DNA from: Vicinamibacteria bacterium
GTDB taxonomy: Bacteria > Acidobacteriota > Vicinamibacteria > Marinacidobacterales > Marinacidobacteraceae
Direction of reading: 5' to 3'
Length of the DNA stretch: 64,000 bases
NCBI GenBank assembly: GCA_964291235.2
Contig: OZ219815.1
Coordinates: 768,001-832,000, forward strand
Below the pieces are notes generated by a model, which ran no database searches, was not told the DNA's origin, and saw only the letters and a program-made list of their open reading frames with translations. A program made the position numbers and the translations under genes. This document shows, piece after piece, positions 50,445-60,732 of the stretch; position 1 is the first letter of the stretch; each line of letters opens with the position of its first letter.

Positions 50445-51733
50445 GAGCCCTCGGCCTGCATCTCCGCGGCCACGCGCTCGGCCTCCCGCAGGATCCGCAG
50501 GGTGTTGCCGCTCCAGAGCTGGGCGATCTGGTCCTCGGTGTAGCCGCGCTTGACCAGTTCCAGGGTCACGTTGAAGGTCTCGGAGGCGTCGTCCCAGCCG
50601 TCCACCCCGCCGCCGCCGTCGAAGTCCGACGAGATGGCGACGTGATCCATCCCCATGACCTCCACCGCGTGGTCGATGTGGTCCACGAAGTCGCCGACGG
50701 TCACCGGGAACTCGGCGCCGATGTCCGTCAGCCGGGTCCGGAGCGCCGCCTGATCCTCCTCGCTCAGCGTGCGCATTTCGCCGAACGAGGAGACCCCGAA
50801 CTCCGCCATGGCGTCCTCGGTGGCCGCGGTCTTTTCCGGGGGGTCGGTCTTCACGAAGCTGCGGAGCGCCACGGTCTGCATGACCCCGCCGTTCGCGGCG
50901 AGGGCGCGGAGCTGCTCGTCGTCCATGTTCCGGGAGACGTCGGCGAGCGCCGTAGTGCTCGAGTGCGAGCCGATGATCGGGGCGGCCGACGCCTCCGCAG
51001 CCTGCAGCATGGCGTCCTTCGAGGCGTGCGAGACATCCACCAGAATGCCGAGCCGGTTCAGCTCGGCGATCACTTCCCTGCCGAACTCGCTGATCCCGCC
51101 GTGCTCCGTCTCGCCGTCCCCGAGATCCTCCCGCGGGTTGCAGGAATCGGAGATGTCGTTGTGTCCGTTGTGGACCAGGCCGAAGTAGCGGGCGCCGCGC
51201 TCGTGGTACGTCTCCAGCAGGGACAGGTCCTTCCCGGTCACGAAGCCGTTCTCGATGCCGATCATGGCGACCAGCTTCCCCTCGCCGTGGATGCGCTCCG
51301 CGTCGTCCGCGCTGTGGGCGAGTTCGATCACGTCCGAGTGCATCGAGGTGGCGCGGTGGATGGCGTCAAACTTGGTCATTGCCCCCTCCCTGGCCGCCTC
51401 GTAGTTCTCGGGGGTCCGCTCGGCCTGCCCGTAGTAGACGACGAAGAACCCAACGTTGAGGCCGCCCTCCTGCATCCGCGGGTAATCCACCTGGAAGTCC
51501 TCGTTCACGTTCCCGGGATCCACTTCCTCGGTCGCGTAGTTGATCGGGATGTCGATGTGGGTGTCGAGAGTCATGACGGCGTCGTGAATGCGGCGCGCCT
51601 CGGCCTCCATCTGCTCCTCTTCGGTCATCGGCGCAGGCTCTTCCGCGCCGCCGCCGCAGCCGGCGACGAAAACGGTCATCAGGACGGCCAGCGTGCCGCC
51701 AGCCAACGGAAAGGAACGATGCGTCAAGGACAT
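50441..51733 (-). CDS. Membrane dipeptidase (peptidase M19), lipoprotein
   Basis: VAGC lipobox; DTHID, GIENG, VDVSH, SHS, SSDFDGGG. Confidence 0.93.
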   Translation of the reverse strand: MSLTHRSFPLAGGTLAVLMTVFVAGCGGGAEEPAPMTEEEQMEAEARRIHDAVMTLDTHIDIPINYATEEVDPGNVNEDFQVDYPRMQEGGLNVGFFVVYYGQAERTPENYEAAREGAMTKFDAIHRATSMHSDVIELAHSADDAERIHGEGKLVAMIGIENGFVTGKDLSLLETYHERGARYFGLVHNGHNDISDSCNPREDLGDGETEHGGISEFGREVIAELNRLGILVDVSHASKDAMLQAAEASAAPIIGSHSSTTALADVSRNMDDEQLRALAANGGVMQTVALRSFVKTDPPEKTAATEDAMAEFGVSSFGEMRTLSEEDQAALRTRLTDIGAEFPVTVGDFVDHIDHAVEVMGMDHVAISSDFDGGGGVDGWDDASETFNVTLELVKRGYTEDQIAQLWSGNTLRILREAERVAAEMQAEGS

Positions 51734-51871
51734 GGGGCCTCCTGGGTCCCGGCCTCGAAGCGCCCCGGGGGCGATGGGCTGGGGCTGGGACAACACGCGA
51801 TGGTACCGCTACGGGCGGAACGGGGGGTGGGACAATGGCTTTGCGCTTGCATGCCAATTCCCCGGGAACGG

Positions 51872-52879
51872 ATGCGACAGTTGTTCGCGAGGAAATCTTC
51901 GGCGGTGTTTGCCGCCGCCTGCACCTGCCTGTTGGCTGTCGGGGCCCATCCGCAGCAACGAAACCTCGACGCCTACGCCTCCCGGCTGGCGGTGTACCGG
52001 AGCGGCGATTTCGCGACCGCCGTCCGCGCCAGCATGGGGCTCCCGATGGACCGTCTCCGCGACCAGGCCGAGGAGTTCCGCCGTGGATTCACCGGCAGCA
52101 GCCCCGGATTCGACCGCGACCTGCTCGCCGCCGCGATGCTCCATCTCGATCTGGCCTGGGCGGCCGAAATGGAGCCGGAAGCGAACGAGGACCTCGCCCG
52201 CGACCTGTTGGCCCGGGTCAGCGCGGCGCGGCGCGACGCCTGGATGAGGAACGCCCACCTGGGGCTCGTCGGAACCTACGCGGATCAGGGACGGCTCCAT
52301 GATGCGGTGCGCGCGGCGAAGTTTCTGGGCGACGAGTACCCGAACGATCTCGAGGTTCGCCTCGCCCGGGCGCGCCTCGCCGAGTTCATCGGCTGGGGGA
52401 TCCACGACGAGCGGTTTCTGGACCAGGCTCAGGAAGGCTACGAGAACCTCGTTAAGGAGGGACACGGCGAACTGGCGGAACTTCGCCTCCGGATCGCTCA
52501 CCTGACGCTGCGCGAAGGCAACCCGGAGGAAGCCCTGCGGCGTCTCGATGAGGCCGAAGGCGGCCTGATTGCCCGCCACCGCTTCGTATCGCTCGTGCTG
52601 CGCGGCGAGACCCTGCTCTGGCTCGACCGCACCGCCGAAGCCGAAGCGGCGTTCGCCGAGGCCCAGGCCATCCACGTCGGCTCGATATCGGCCGCCGCGG
52701 GACTCGCCGCGGCCCGCCAGACGCTTGGGGACGGCCAGCGGGCCGCCGAAGCGGTCCGCAGCTACCTCGGGGGGACCGACGGACAAGACACCTGGTGGCA
52801 CTTCCTCGTCCAGGCGCTCGCCGACGAGACCGGGCGGCTCGACCAGCTTCGCGGCCTCGCCCTGTTGCCGCAGGAGTGA
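51872..52879 (+). CDS. Exported TPR-repeat protein
   Basis: Signal peptide and helical TPR-like repeats; directly upstream of the VWA gene; alternative start at 51851. Confidence 0.72.
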   Translation: MRQLFARKSSAVFAAACTCLLAVGAHPQQRNLDAYASRLAVYRSGDFATAVRASMGLPMDRLRDQAEEFRRGFTGSSPGFDRDLLAAAMLHLDLAWAAEMEPEANEDLARDLLARVSAARRDAWMRNAHLGLVGTYADQGRLHDAVRAAKFLGDEYPNDLEVRLARARLAEFIGWGIHDERFLDQAQEGYENLVKEGHGELAELRLRIAHLTLREGNPEEALRRLDEAEGGLIARHRFVSLVLRGETLLWLDRTAEAEAAFAEAQAIHVGSISAAAGLAAARQTLGDGQRAAEAVRSYLGGTDGQDTWWHFLVQALADETGRLDQLRGLALLPQE

Positions 52880-52882
52880 TCC

Positions 52883-53938
52883 GTGCCGCCCACCGCTCGA
52901 GCCATGCTCGTCGCCGCCAGCTTGCTGTCGCTGCCGGCGCTCGCCGCCCCGGGCGCGGGTCAGGTCCGTTTCCGGGTCACCGTCGAGGAGGTATTGGTCG
53001 AGGCGGTGGTTACGGACCGGAACCGCCCGCTCGGGGACCTGGCCGCCGCCGATTTCAACTTGCTTGACGGGGGCGTCCGGCGGGATGTCCGCCTGGTGGC
53101 GCTCGAAGACCTGCCGGTGTCGGTGCTCTTCGTCATGGACATGAGCGAGAGCGTGACCCGGGAACGGCGTCGGTTCCTGGCCTCGGCGGCACGCCAGTTC
53201 GCCGGACAACTGTCGCGAAACGACCGCTGCGCGGTGATGATCTTTTCCACGCAGCCGGTGTTGACGCACGACTTCGCCGGTTGTTCGGAGTTGCCCGCGA
53301 GCCCCTTCCCCGAGACGGGCGTCATCGGTGGTACGGCGCTGTGGGACTCGCTGCTGCTCTCCACCGCGCTCGTCGAGGCAGAGCCCGGACGAGCGGTGGT
53401 CATCGTTTTCACCGACGGTGAAGACACCATGAGCTGGACGCCGGAGGGATTCGTGGAGGCGGCGCTGCAGGGCAGCGAGGCGGTGCTCTACACGGTGATC
53501 CCTCCGGACGCCCGGGGCACCACCCGCCGGCAATACCGCTACCGCAACGACGACTGGGTCCCGCCGTCGGTGGCGCGCCGGCGGCGCATCGGCATCCGGC
53601 GGATGAACGGGGGAATCGCGCCCGACGACCTCGCGGTCCTGCTCGAGGGTCCCCGCCGCACCATTCGGCCTCGCGCCGGCATGCGGGCGCCCTCGGAACT
53701 CCAGCTTCTCCGGCACGTCACCGAACTCAGCGGCGGCCGACTGGTGCAAAGCCGCGACGAGGAGCGGCTGGTCAACGCGTACGGCGAGATTCTGGAGGAA
53801 ATGCAGTCCCGCTACGTACTGGCCTTCGCTCCGGACCCGAACGAACCACCGGGGTGGCGCAGCCTGGAGGTAACGGTGCACCGGGAGGGGGCAACGGTCC
53901 GGGCACGGAGCGGCTACCTGCATCGGACCGGGCGCTAG
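52883..53938 (+). CDS. VWFA-related acidobacterial domain protein
   Basis: FRVTVEEVLVEAVVTD, MIDAS DMSES, GGTALWD, FTDGED, RARSGY. Confidence 0.88.
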   Translation: MPPTARAMLVAASLLSLPALAAPGAGQVRFRVTVEEVLVEAVVTDRNRPLGDLAAADFNLLDGGVRRDVRLVALEDLPVSVLFVMDMSESVTRERRRFLASAARQFAGQLSRNDRCAVMIFSTQPVLTHDFAGCSELPASPFPETGVIGGTALWDSLLLSTALVEAEPGRAVVIVFTDGEDTMSWTPEGFVEAALQGSEAVLYTVIPPDARGTTRRQYRYRNDDWVPPSVARRRRIGIRRMNGGIAPDDLAVLLEGPRRTIRPRAGMRAPSELQLLRHVTELSGGRLVQSRDEERLVNAYGEILEEMQSRYVLAFAPDPNEPPGWRSLEVTVHREGATVRARSGYLHRTGR

Positions 53939-53968
53939 TCAGGACACAGGCACTACCCTGCCGGTGCG

Positions 53969-56900
53969 ATGAGAGCCGTTCGGGGCAGGGCCGGCCCGGG
54001 GGTTCTGGCCCTTCCCGGCCTGGCGATCCTGCTCTCCGGCTTCGCGTCGCTGACCTACCAGATCGTCTGGGTGCGGCGCTTCGCCGTCGTCCTCGGGACG
54101 ACGAACGCCGCGGTGACGGTGGTGCTCGCGATGTTCCTCGGCGGCCTCGGTCTGGGCGCGCTGCTGGCGGGACGGTCGGGCGGGAGGCTCGGGGCTTCCC
54201 GCCTCGCCCGGAGGTTCCTGCTTCTGGAGCTGGGCGCCGCCGGACTCGCGCTGGGCCTGCCGCTCTACCTGGCGGGAACCCTCCCGCTCGTCCGGGCGGT
54301 CGCGTCTCCCGAGGGGGCCCTGGCGCCGACCGCGGTGTTCGCCGCGCTCTTCCTGCTGCCGGCGGCAACCCTGATGGGCGCCACCCTGCCGACGCTCACC
54401 GCTCTCACCCGGCGGATCGGTGATCGAGGAGAAGCGGGCGCGGCCGGCTGGCTCTACGCGGCGAACACGGCCGGCGCGCTCTTCGGTAGCGTGGCAGCGG
54501 CCCGGCTGCTGATTCCCGAGCTCGGTCTCAGCGGGTCCACCCTGTGCGGGATCGTGGCAAATGTCGCCGCCGGGGTGCTCGTCTTCGCCCGGTTCGGACG
54601 GACTCCGGCTCCGCGGCCGATTGACGCGGTCCGCACGCCGTGGTTCGGAGGGCGCGCCATGCTCCCCTTCGGCGGGATCGCGGCGCTCTCGGGGTTTGCC
54701 GCGATGGCGGCGGAGATCGGCTGGGCCCGGCTCGCCGCCCTGCTGTTCGGCCCGACCATCTACACCTTCGCCTGCGTGGTGGCTTCCGTGATCCTGGGGG
54801 TCGCGCTCGGGAGCGCCGCCGCCGGGCGGCTCGCGGATCGAAGCCGGGCGGTGCGCTCCTGGCTGGCGGTCGTCCAGCTCGGGGGAGCGGCGGCTTCCGC
54901 CGCGGTGGCCTGGTTCGGGAGCCGCCTCGTGCTTCCCATCGGGGAGCTGATTGCCGGGAACGCCGCGGACGTGCCGCACCTTCTCAACCTCCAGTTCCTC
55001 GGGACCGCCGCGGTGTTGCTGGTCCCCGGTCTCGCCTTCGGCGCGACCTTCCCGCTGGCGGTGGCCGGTGCGGCCGCCACCGGGAAAGACGCGGGGTCCG
55101 AAGCCGGGCGGGCCACCGGCGCGATCTACGCGACGAATGCTGGCGGGAATGTCCTCGGGGCGCTGGCGGCGGGGTTCTTGCTGATTCCGTGGTTCGGGAT
55201 CGAGGCCGCGCTCCTTGCCGCAGTCCTGGCCCAGCTCCTGGCGGCGCTCCTCGCGGCGCCCCGGGTGCTGACGCTGGCGCTCAGCGGCGCCCTGGGCGCG
55301 GCCGGGTTCGGGGCAACGGCGTCATGGGATTGGGAGGCGCTCTCCGGGGGGCTCTACCGGGTCGCGCCGCAGATGGAAGCGGCTCGCCACCGGGACTTCC
55401 TGCTCAAGGGCCGCCTGCGCTTTCTGGACCAGGGAGCCAGCGCCACGGTGTCCGTGAAGGAGGTGGCCGGCGAACTCTCGCTCGCGATCGACGGCAAGGT
55501 GGACGCCACCGACGGGGCCGACATGCTCACCCAGCGGATGCTGGCGCACCTGCCGCTTCTCCTGCACCCGGCGCCGGATGCGGTGTTCATCGTGGGGCAC
55601 GGCAGCGGGGTAACCGCCGGCAGCGCGCTCCGTCACCCGGCGGTCCAACGCGTGACCGCCGCGGAGATTTCCCCGGAAGTGGCCGAGGCGTCCCGCCTCT
55701 TCGAAGCGAGCAACGGAGCCCCGTGGGGGGACGAGCGCTTCGCGCTGCTCCCGGTGGACGCGCGGAACCAGCTGCTCTTTTCACGCGACTCCTTCGACGT
55801 GGTGATCTCGGAGCCGTCGAACCCCTGGATGAGCGGCGTTTCTCCACTCTTCACGGTGGAGTTCTTCGAGCTGGTCCGTTCCCGACTCGCGGACGGCGGT
55901 CTGTTCTGCCAGTGGATCCATCTCTACAACCTGTCGGAGGACAGTCTGCGGACCGTGGTCGGCGGATTCACCGACGTGTTCCCGCAGACCGCGCTCTTCG
56001 TGCTGCACGACGGCGACGCCCTGCTGATCGGCTCGAAGGAGGAATTCCCGTCCGTTCCGCGGCGCGTCATCGAGGGCCGCATCGCCGCCCTGGACGACGA
56101 ACTCACCCCCTACGGCATAACGGAGTACCCGGCGCTCCGCAGCTGGCTCACGGCGACCGGCCCGGAACTCGCCGCCTGGGCCAGCGGGGCGACCCGTCAC
56201 CGGGACGACCATCCGGTGCTGGAGTTCCGGGCGCCGCTCTCGGTGCACTCGGCTACCTCGTTCCGGAACCGCCGGGCGCTGACCGGCCTCTCCGCCGAAC
56301 CGCTCCTGGAAGCGCTGGGACCGGCGCCTCTGCCGGACGCCGCCGCCCTCGCCGGCCGCGCCTCGGGGCTGCTCTCCGCCCAGAACCCGGACTGGGCGCT
56401 GGACCTCGCCCGGCAGGCGCTCGAACTGGATCCCGCCGAACCTCGCGCCGCGGCGGCCGTGGTCGAGGCCGCGCTCGCGAGCGGGCGGGCGGAGGAGGGG
56501 GCGGCCGCGCTGCGGGCAGCGCTGGACGCGGCTCCGGCGGACAGGGAAGCCGCGGAGACGCTCACTGCCTCGCTTGCCCGGCTGTTGCTCCGGGCCCGCC
56601 GTCCCGACGACGCGGCAGCGGTGCTGGAAAGCGGCCCCGTCTGGCTCGCCGACCACCGCGACGCGCTCCTCCTCGCGGCCGAGGTGCAGGTGGAAAGAGG
56701 CGACGGGGAGTCCGCCGAGGCGCTCGTCCTGGCCGTCCTCGGCTCCGACCCGCAGGACGCGGAAGCGGCCGCCTGGCTCGCCGAGTTGAGCGTGCGGCGG
56801 GGACGGCTCGACGAAGCGGCGGAACGGTCCGCCGCGATCCTGGCGGCGCGGCCGGAGACGGTGCGGGCGCTCCGGGTCCGTGCGGTGGCGCTCGCGGAAT

Positions 56901-57163
56901 TGGAACGGACGGAGGAGGCGCGGGAGGCGTTTTCCGAGCTGGTCGAACTGGCGCCGGGGCCGGCGTTCCACTGGGCGAATTTCGGGGCGTTCGAGCTGGC
57001 GACGGGACGGCCCGCCGAGGCCGTGCGGCTCTACCGCGAGGCCGTGGATCGGGACCCCGCGGACCTCAACCTGTACCGGGGGCTCCTCGAGGCCGCGACC
57101 CGGGCGGGCGACACCGAACAGGTCCGGCGCGCGCGCGGAGTGCTGGGGGCGCCCGGGCGATAG
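53969..57163 (+). CDS. Fused MFS-like membrane domain / spermidine synthase-like methyltransferase with C-terminal TPRs
   Basis: SGFASLTYQIVW, LYAANTAGA, VGHGSGVT, FDVVISEPSNPW, TPR tail. Confidence 0.9.
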   Translation: MRAVRGRAGPGVLALPGLAILLSGFASLTYQIVWVRRFAVVLGTTNAAVTVVLAMFLGGLGLGALLAGRSGGRLGASRLARRFLLLELGAAGLALGLPLYLAGTLPLVRAVASPEGALAPTAVFAALFLLPAATLMGATLPTLTALTRRIGDRGEAGAAGWLYAANTAGALFGSVAAARLLIPELGLSGSTLCGIVANVAAGVLVFARFGRTPAPRPIDAVRTPWFGGRAMLPFGGIAALSGFAAMAAEIGWARLAALLFGPTIYTFACVVASVILGVALGSAAAGRLADRSRAVRSWLAVVQLGGAAASAAVAWFGSRLVLPIGELIAGNAADVPHLLNLQFLGTAAVLLVPGLAFGATFPLAVAGAAATGKDAGSEAGRATGAIYATNAGGNVLGALAAGFLLIPWFGIEAALLAAVLAQLLAALLAAPRVLTLALSGALGAAGFGATASWDWEALSGGLYRVAPQMEAARHRDFLLKGRLRFLDQGASATVSVKEVAGELSLAIDGKVDATDGADMLTQRMLAHLPLLLHPAPDAVFIVGHGSGVTAGSALRHPAVQRVTAAEISPEVAEASRLFEASNGAPWGDERFALLPVDARNQLLFSRDSFDVVISEPSNPWMSGVSPLFTVEFFELVRSRLADGGLFCQWIHLYNLSEDSLRTVVGGFTDVFPQTALFVLHDGDALLIGSKEEFPSVPRRVIEGRIAALDDELTPYGITEYPALRSWLTATGPELAAWASGATRHRDDHPVLEFRAPLSVHSATSFRNRRALTGLSAEPLLEALGPAPLPDAAALAGRASGLLSAQNPDWALDLARQALELDPAEPRAAAAVVEAALASGRAEEGAAALRAALDAAPADREAAETLTASLARLLLRARRPDDAAAVLESGPVWLADHRDALLLAAEVQVERGDGESAEALVLAVLGSDPQDAEAAAWLAELSVRRGRLDEAAERSAAILAARPETVRALRVRAVALAELERTEEAREAFSELVELAPGPAFHWANFGAFELATGRPAEAVRLYREAVDRDPADLNLYRGLLEAATRAGDTEQVRRARGVLGAPGR

Positions 57164-57173
57164 CGTCCGGACG

Positions 57174-57545
57174 CTAACTGCCGGTCGTCAGAGCCTCGGG
57201 CTCGCTGTAGAGGCCGCCGGCGAGAATTCCGGCAACGACCATGTCCGCGAGCGTCCAGAAAAGGCCGATGGCGGTGTAGCCCACAAACACATTGTTCAGG
57301 CCACCGGCCACGAACCAGGCGATGACCCCGGCCAGGATCGCAGTCTTGACTCCGGAATCCCAGCCGCGCGTGAGCATCCAGGCGTAAAGCAGGGCAACGA
57401 AGAATCCGAGCGCGAATCCGTACGCCACCCAGAACGCCATGGTCTCTCTCGGCACCTGGAGCACCATCGTGTTCAGGCAGTACTGGCTCAGGTTGATGAG
57501 CAGGCCCGCCGCGAGGCCGGCCTTGATGATTCCGAAGAAGTTCAT
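57174..57545 (-). CDS. Small 4-TM membrane protein, paralog 1
   Basis: GGAGGAG RBS; MNFFGIIKAGLAAGLLIN...GGLYSE; clear paralog of 57670-58044. Confidence 0.8.
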   Translation of the reverse strand: MNFFGIIKAGLAAGLLINLSQYCLNTMVLQVPRETMAFWVAYGFALGFFVALLYAWMLTRGWDSGVKTAILAGVIAWFVAGGLNNVFVGYTAIGLFWTLADMVVAGILAGGLYSEPEALTTGS

Positions 57546-57669
57546 CGAGTTGCTCCTCCGTTCCGGGTCCACGGGATCCGGAATGCGCCCACATCGTGCC
57601 AGAGGCCGCCGCGAGCTGCAACTCCTTGAAGGCGTGCGGTTTGGCGGCGCGTCGGGCGCGCCCGGAAGG

Positions 57670-58044
57670 TCAGGCTTCGCTGTAGAGCATGCCCGCCAGG
57701 ACGCCGGCGAGCGACATCTCCACCGCGGTCCACACCAACCCGAGCACGTTCGGATCCATGAGGCCCATGTTCCACATGCCGCCCGCGGGGAGCAGGGTGT
57801 GGAGCGCCCACACGAGCAACCCGGCGCAGACACCGGTCTTGGGTCCAGCGCCGCAGCGGGGACGGCTGAGGGCATACACGTACGCCGTCAGCAGCCCCAG
57901 CACGAAGGCATAGACGACCCAGAACGCGATGGATCCGCCTTCACCCTCGGCGACCGGCACCACCATCATGTTCAGCACGAACTCGCTGACGTTGATGAGC
58001 AGTCCGGCTACGAGGCCGCCCTTGATGATTCCCGAAGTGTTCAT
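57670..58044 (-). CDS. Small 4-TM membrane protein, paralog 2
   Basis: MNTSGIIKGGLVAGLLIN...RPRCGAGPKT...GMLYSEA. Confidence 0.8.
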   Translation of the reverse strand: MNTSGIIKGGLVAGLLINVSEFVLNMMVVPVAEGEGGSIAFWVVYAFVLGLLTAYVYALSRPRCGAGPKTGVCAGLLVWALHTLLPAGGMWNMGLMDPNVLGLVWTAVEMSLAGVLAGMLYSEA

Positions 58045-58162
58045 GGGATGTTCCCTCTCCCGCCGGATCCGGGGGACCCGGTCGGACCGGCCATGTTGAC
58101 GGAGGCGGGCGAGGGTTGCAACCCCCGGAACCCCGCGCCGGACGGCGGCGAAACTGCCGCGA

Positions 58163-58909
58163 TCACCCGCCGGTGATGATGCGGAAGAGGTTCCGGACCG
58201 GATCGTAGAAGCGGTCCACCACCCGCTCCTTGAGCGGGATGATCGCGTTGTCGGTGATCGTGATGTGTTCGGGGCAGACCCGGGTGCAGCACTTCGTGAT
58301 GTTGCAGTAGCCGACGCCCTGGGCTTCCTTAAGTTCCTCGAGGCGGTCCTCGGTATCGAGGGGGTGCATTTCGAGAGCGGCGGCGTGGACGAAGAAACGC
58401 GGCCCGATGAACTCGTCGTGCTTTTGCGAGTCCCTCAGCACGTGGCAGACGTCCTGGCAGAGGAAGCACTCGATGCACTTCCGGAACTCCTGGACGCGGT
58501 CCACGTCGCGCTGGTCCATGCGCCAGGTTCCGTCGGCGGCATCCGGGGCGCGGGGCTTGAACTTCTTGATCCGCTTCTTGACCTCGAAGTTCCAGCTCAC
58601 GTCGGTCACCAGGTCCTTCAGCACCGGGAAGGCCCGCATGGGCTCGATGGTGACCGGCTGGTCCTCCGGGAGGTCGCTCATCCGGGTCATGCACATGAGC
58701 CGGGGGTTGCCGTTCACCTCCGCGCTGCAGGAGCCGCACTTGCCCGCCTTGCAGTTCCAGCGGACCGCGAGATCTCCCGCCGACTCCGCCTGGATCTGGT
58801 GGACGGCGTCGAGCACGACCATCCCCTCGGTGATATCCGTCTGGTACTCGGCGAACCCGCCTTCGCCGTCCTGATCTCCGCGCCAGATGCGGAAGGTCCT
58901 ATCGGCCAT
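58163..58909 (-). CDS. sdhB: Succinate dehydrogenase/fumarate reductase Fe-S subunit
   Basis: WNCKAGKCGSC, CIECFLCQDVC, CNITKCCTRVCP. Confidence 0.95.
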   Translation of the reverse strand: MADRTFRIWRGDQDGEGGFAEYQTDITEGMVVLDAVHQIQAESAGDLAVRWNCKAGKCGSCSAEVNGNPRLMCMTRMSDLPEDQPVTIEPMRAFPVLKDLVTDVSWNFEVKKRIKKFKPRAPDAADGTWRMDQRDVDRVQEFRKCIECFLCQDVCHVLRDSQKHDEFIGPRFFVHAAALEMHPLDTEDRLEELKEAQGVGYCNITKCCTRVCPEHITITDNAIIPLKERVVDRFYDPVRNLFRIITGG

Positions 58910-60732
58910 CAGCGGTTCTCCTCGATGATCTGCTGGAGTTCGTCGCGCGGTGGGGTGACTGCCTCTTCCTCGATCTCCATCCCGCCGTCGGCGCCCTGCC
59001 TGACCACCAGCGTGGTCTGCCCCCAGTGCTCGTCCTTCCCGGTGTGGTCCTCCCGGAAGTGAGCGCCCCGGCTCTCCTTGCGGAGTGCGGCGGCCCGCGC
59101 CACCGCCTCGGAGACCAGGAGCAGGTTCGGCAGATCGAGCGCCGTGTGCCAGCCGGGGTTGTAGGCCCGGTTCCCGCTCACGGCGACGTTGTCGGCGCGC
59201 GCCTTGAGCGCCAGCACGCCTTCGAGCCCGGACTCCAGCTCCGCCTGGCTGCGGACGATGCCCACTTTGGCCTGCATCAGGTCCTGGAGTTCGCTCTGGA
59301 TGGCGTAGGAACCCACGCCGTCCCCGCCGCCGTCCTGTCGCTCGAGCGGGGCGAGGGCGTCCCGGGTCGCGGCTTCGACCTGCTCGGCTTCCGCGCCGGA
59401 GGCGCCGCTCCGGGGATTGGCGCTCGCGAACTTCGCCGCGTGCTCGCCGGCGCGCTTTCCGAACACCAGCAGGTCGGAGAGCGAGTTCCCGCCCAGGCGG
59501 TTCGCCCCGTGGAGGCCGCCCGCACATTCGCCGGCGGCGAAGAGACCCGGCACCCGGGACATCTGGGTTTCCCCGTCCACCTTGACGCCGCCCATCACGT
59601 AGTGGGTGGTGGGGCCGACTTCCATGGGCTCCTTCGTGATGTCGATCCCGGCCAGCTCCTTGAACTGGTGGTACATGCTGGGGAGCTTGCGCCGGATGTG
59701 CGCCTCGCTGTCCTTCAGCTTTTCCTTGATCCAGGAGATGTCGAGGAACACGCCGCCGTGCGGGCTACCGCGACCCTCCTTGATCTCCCGGACGATGCAA
59801 CGGGCGACGTGGTCGCGGGTCAGCAGTTCGGGCGGACGGCGGGCTTCCTTGTCGCGCTGGGTATAGCGCCAGCCCTCTTCCGGATCGCTCGCCGTCTGGT
59901 TCTTGTAGAGGTCCGGGATGTCGTCGAACATGAACCGGCGGCCCTCGCTGTTCCGGAGGACGCCGCCCTCCCCGCGCACTCCTTCGGTCACCAGGATGCC
60001 CCGCACGCTCGGCGGCCAGACCATCCCGGTGGGATGGAACTGGACGTACTCCATGTCGATGAGCTCCGCCCCCGCCCGGTAGGCGAGCGCGTGGCCGTCG
60101 CCGGTGTATTCCCAACTGTTGGAGGTGATCCGGTAGGCCCTCCCGATCCCGCCGGTGGCGAGCACCACCGCCGAAGCCCTGAAGAGCTGGAAGCGACCCT
60201 TTTCCCGGTCGTAGCCGAAAGCGCCGACGACCCGGTCCCCGTCCTGGATCAGTTGGGTGACCGTCCACTCCATGTGGACGTCGATGCCGAGGTGGATGCC
60301 GTGGTCCTGGAGGGTGCGGATCATCTCCAGCCCGGTGCGGTCGCCGACGTGCGCGAGCCGCGGGTACTTGTGGCCGCCGAAGTTGCGCTGGAGGATCTTC
60401 TGGTCGTTCGTGCGGTCGAACACCGCCCCCCAGGCCTCCAGCTCCCGGACCCGGTCCGGCGCTTCCTGGGCGTGCAGTTCGGCCATGGTCGGGTTGTTCA
60501 CGTACTGCCCGCCCCGCATGGTGTCCGCGAAGTGGGTCCGCCAGTCGTCACGGCCGTCCACGTTGGCGAGGGCGGCGGCGATCCCGCCCTCCGCCATCAC
60601 CGTGTGCGCCTTGCCGAGTAGCGACTTGGTGACGAGTCCCACGCTCGCCCCCGCCGCCGACGCCTCGATCGCCGCCCGGAGTCCGGCGCCCCCGGCGCCG
60701 ATGACCAGGACGTCGTGTTCCGCGACCTGCAT
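58909..60732 (-). CDS. sdhA: Succinate dehydrogenase/fumarate reductase flavoprotein
   Basis: GAGGAG, AHTVMAEGG (FAD His), QFHPT, HGANRLGGNSL, ESRGAH. Confidence 0.96.
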   Translation of the reverse strand: MQVAEHDVLVIGAGGAGLRAAIEASAAGASVGLVTKSLLGKAHTVMAEGGIAAALANVDGRDDWRTHFADTMRGGQYVNNPTMAELHAQEAPDRVRELEAWGAVFDRTNDQKILQRNFGGHKYPRLAHVGDRTGLEMIRTLQDHGIHLGIDVHMEWTVTQLIQDGDRVVGAFGYDREKGRFQLFRASAVVLATGGIGRAYRITSNSWEYTGDGHALAYRAGAELIDMEYVQFHPTGMVWPPSVRGILVTEGVRGEGGVLRNSEGRRFMFDDIPDLYKNQTASDPEEGWRYTQRDKEARRPPELLTRDHVARCIVREIKEGRGSPHGGVFLDISWIKEKLKDSEAHIRRKLPSMYHQFKELAGIDITKEPMEVGPTTHYVMGGVKVDGETQMSRVPGLFAAGECAGGLHGANRLGGNSLSDLLVFGKRAGEHAAKFASANPRSGASGAEAEQVEAATRDALAPLERQDGGGDGVGSYAIQSELQDLMQAKVGIVRSQAELESGLEGVLALKARADNVAVSGNRAYNPGWHTALDLPNLLLVSEAVARAAALRKESRGAHFREDHTGKDEHWGQTTLVVRQGADGGMEIEEEAVTPPRDELQQIIEENR

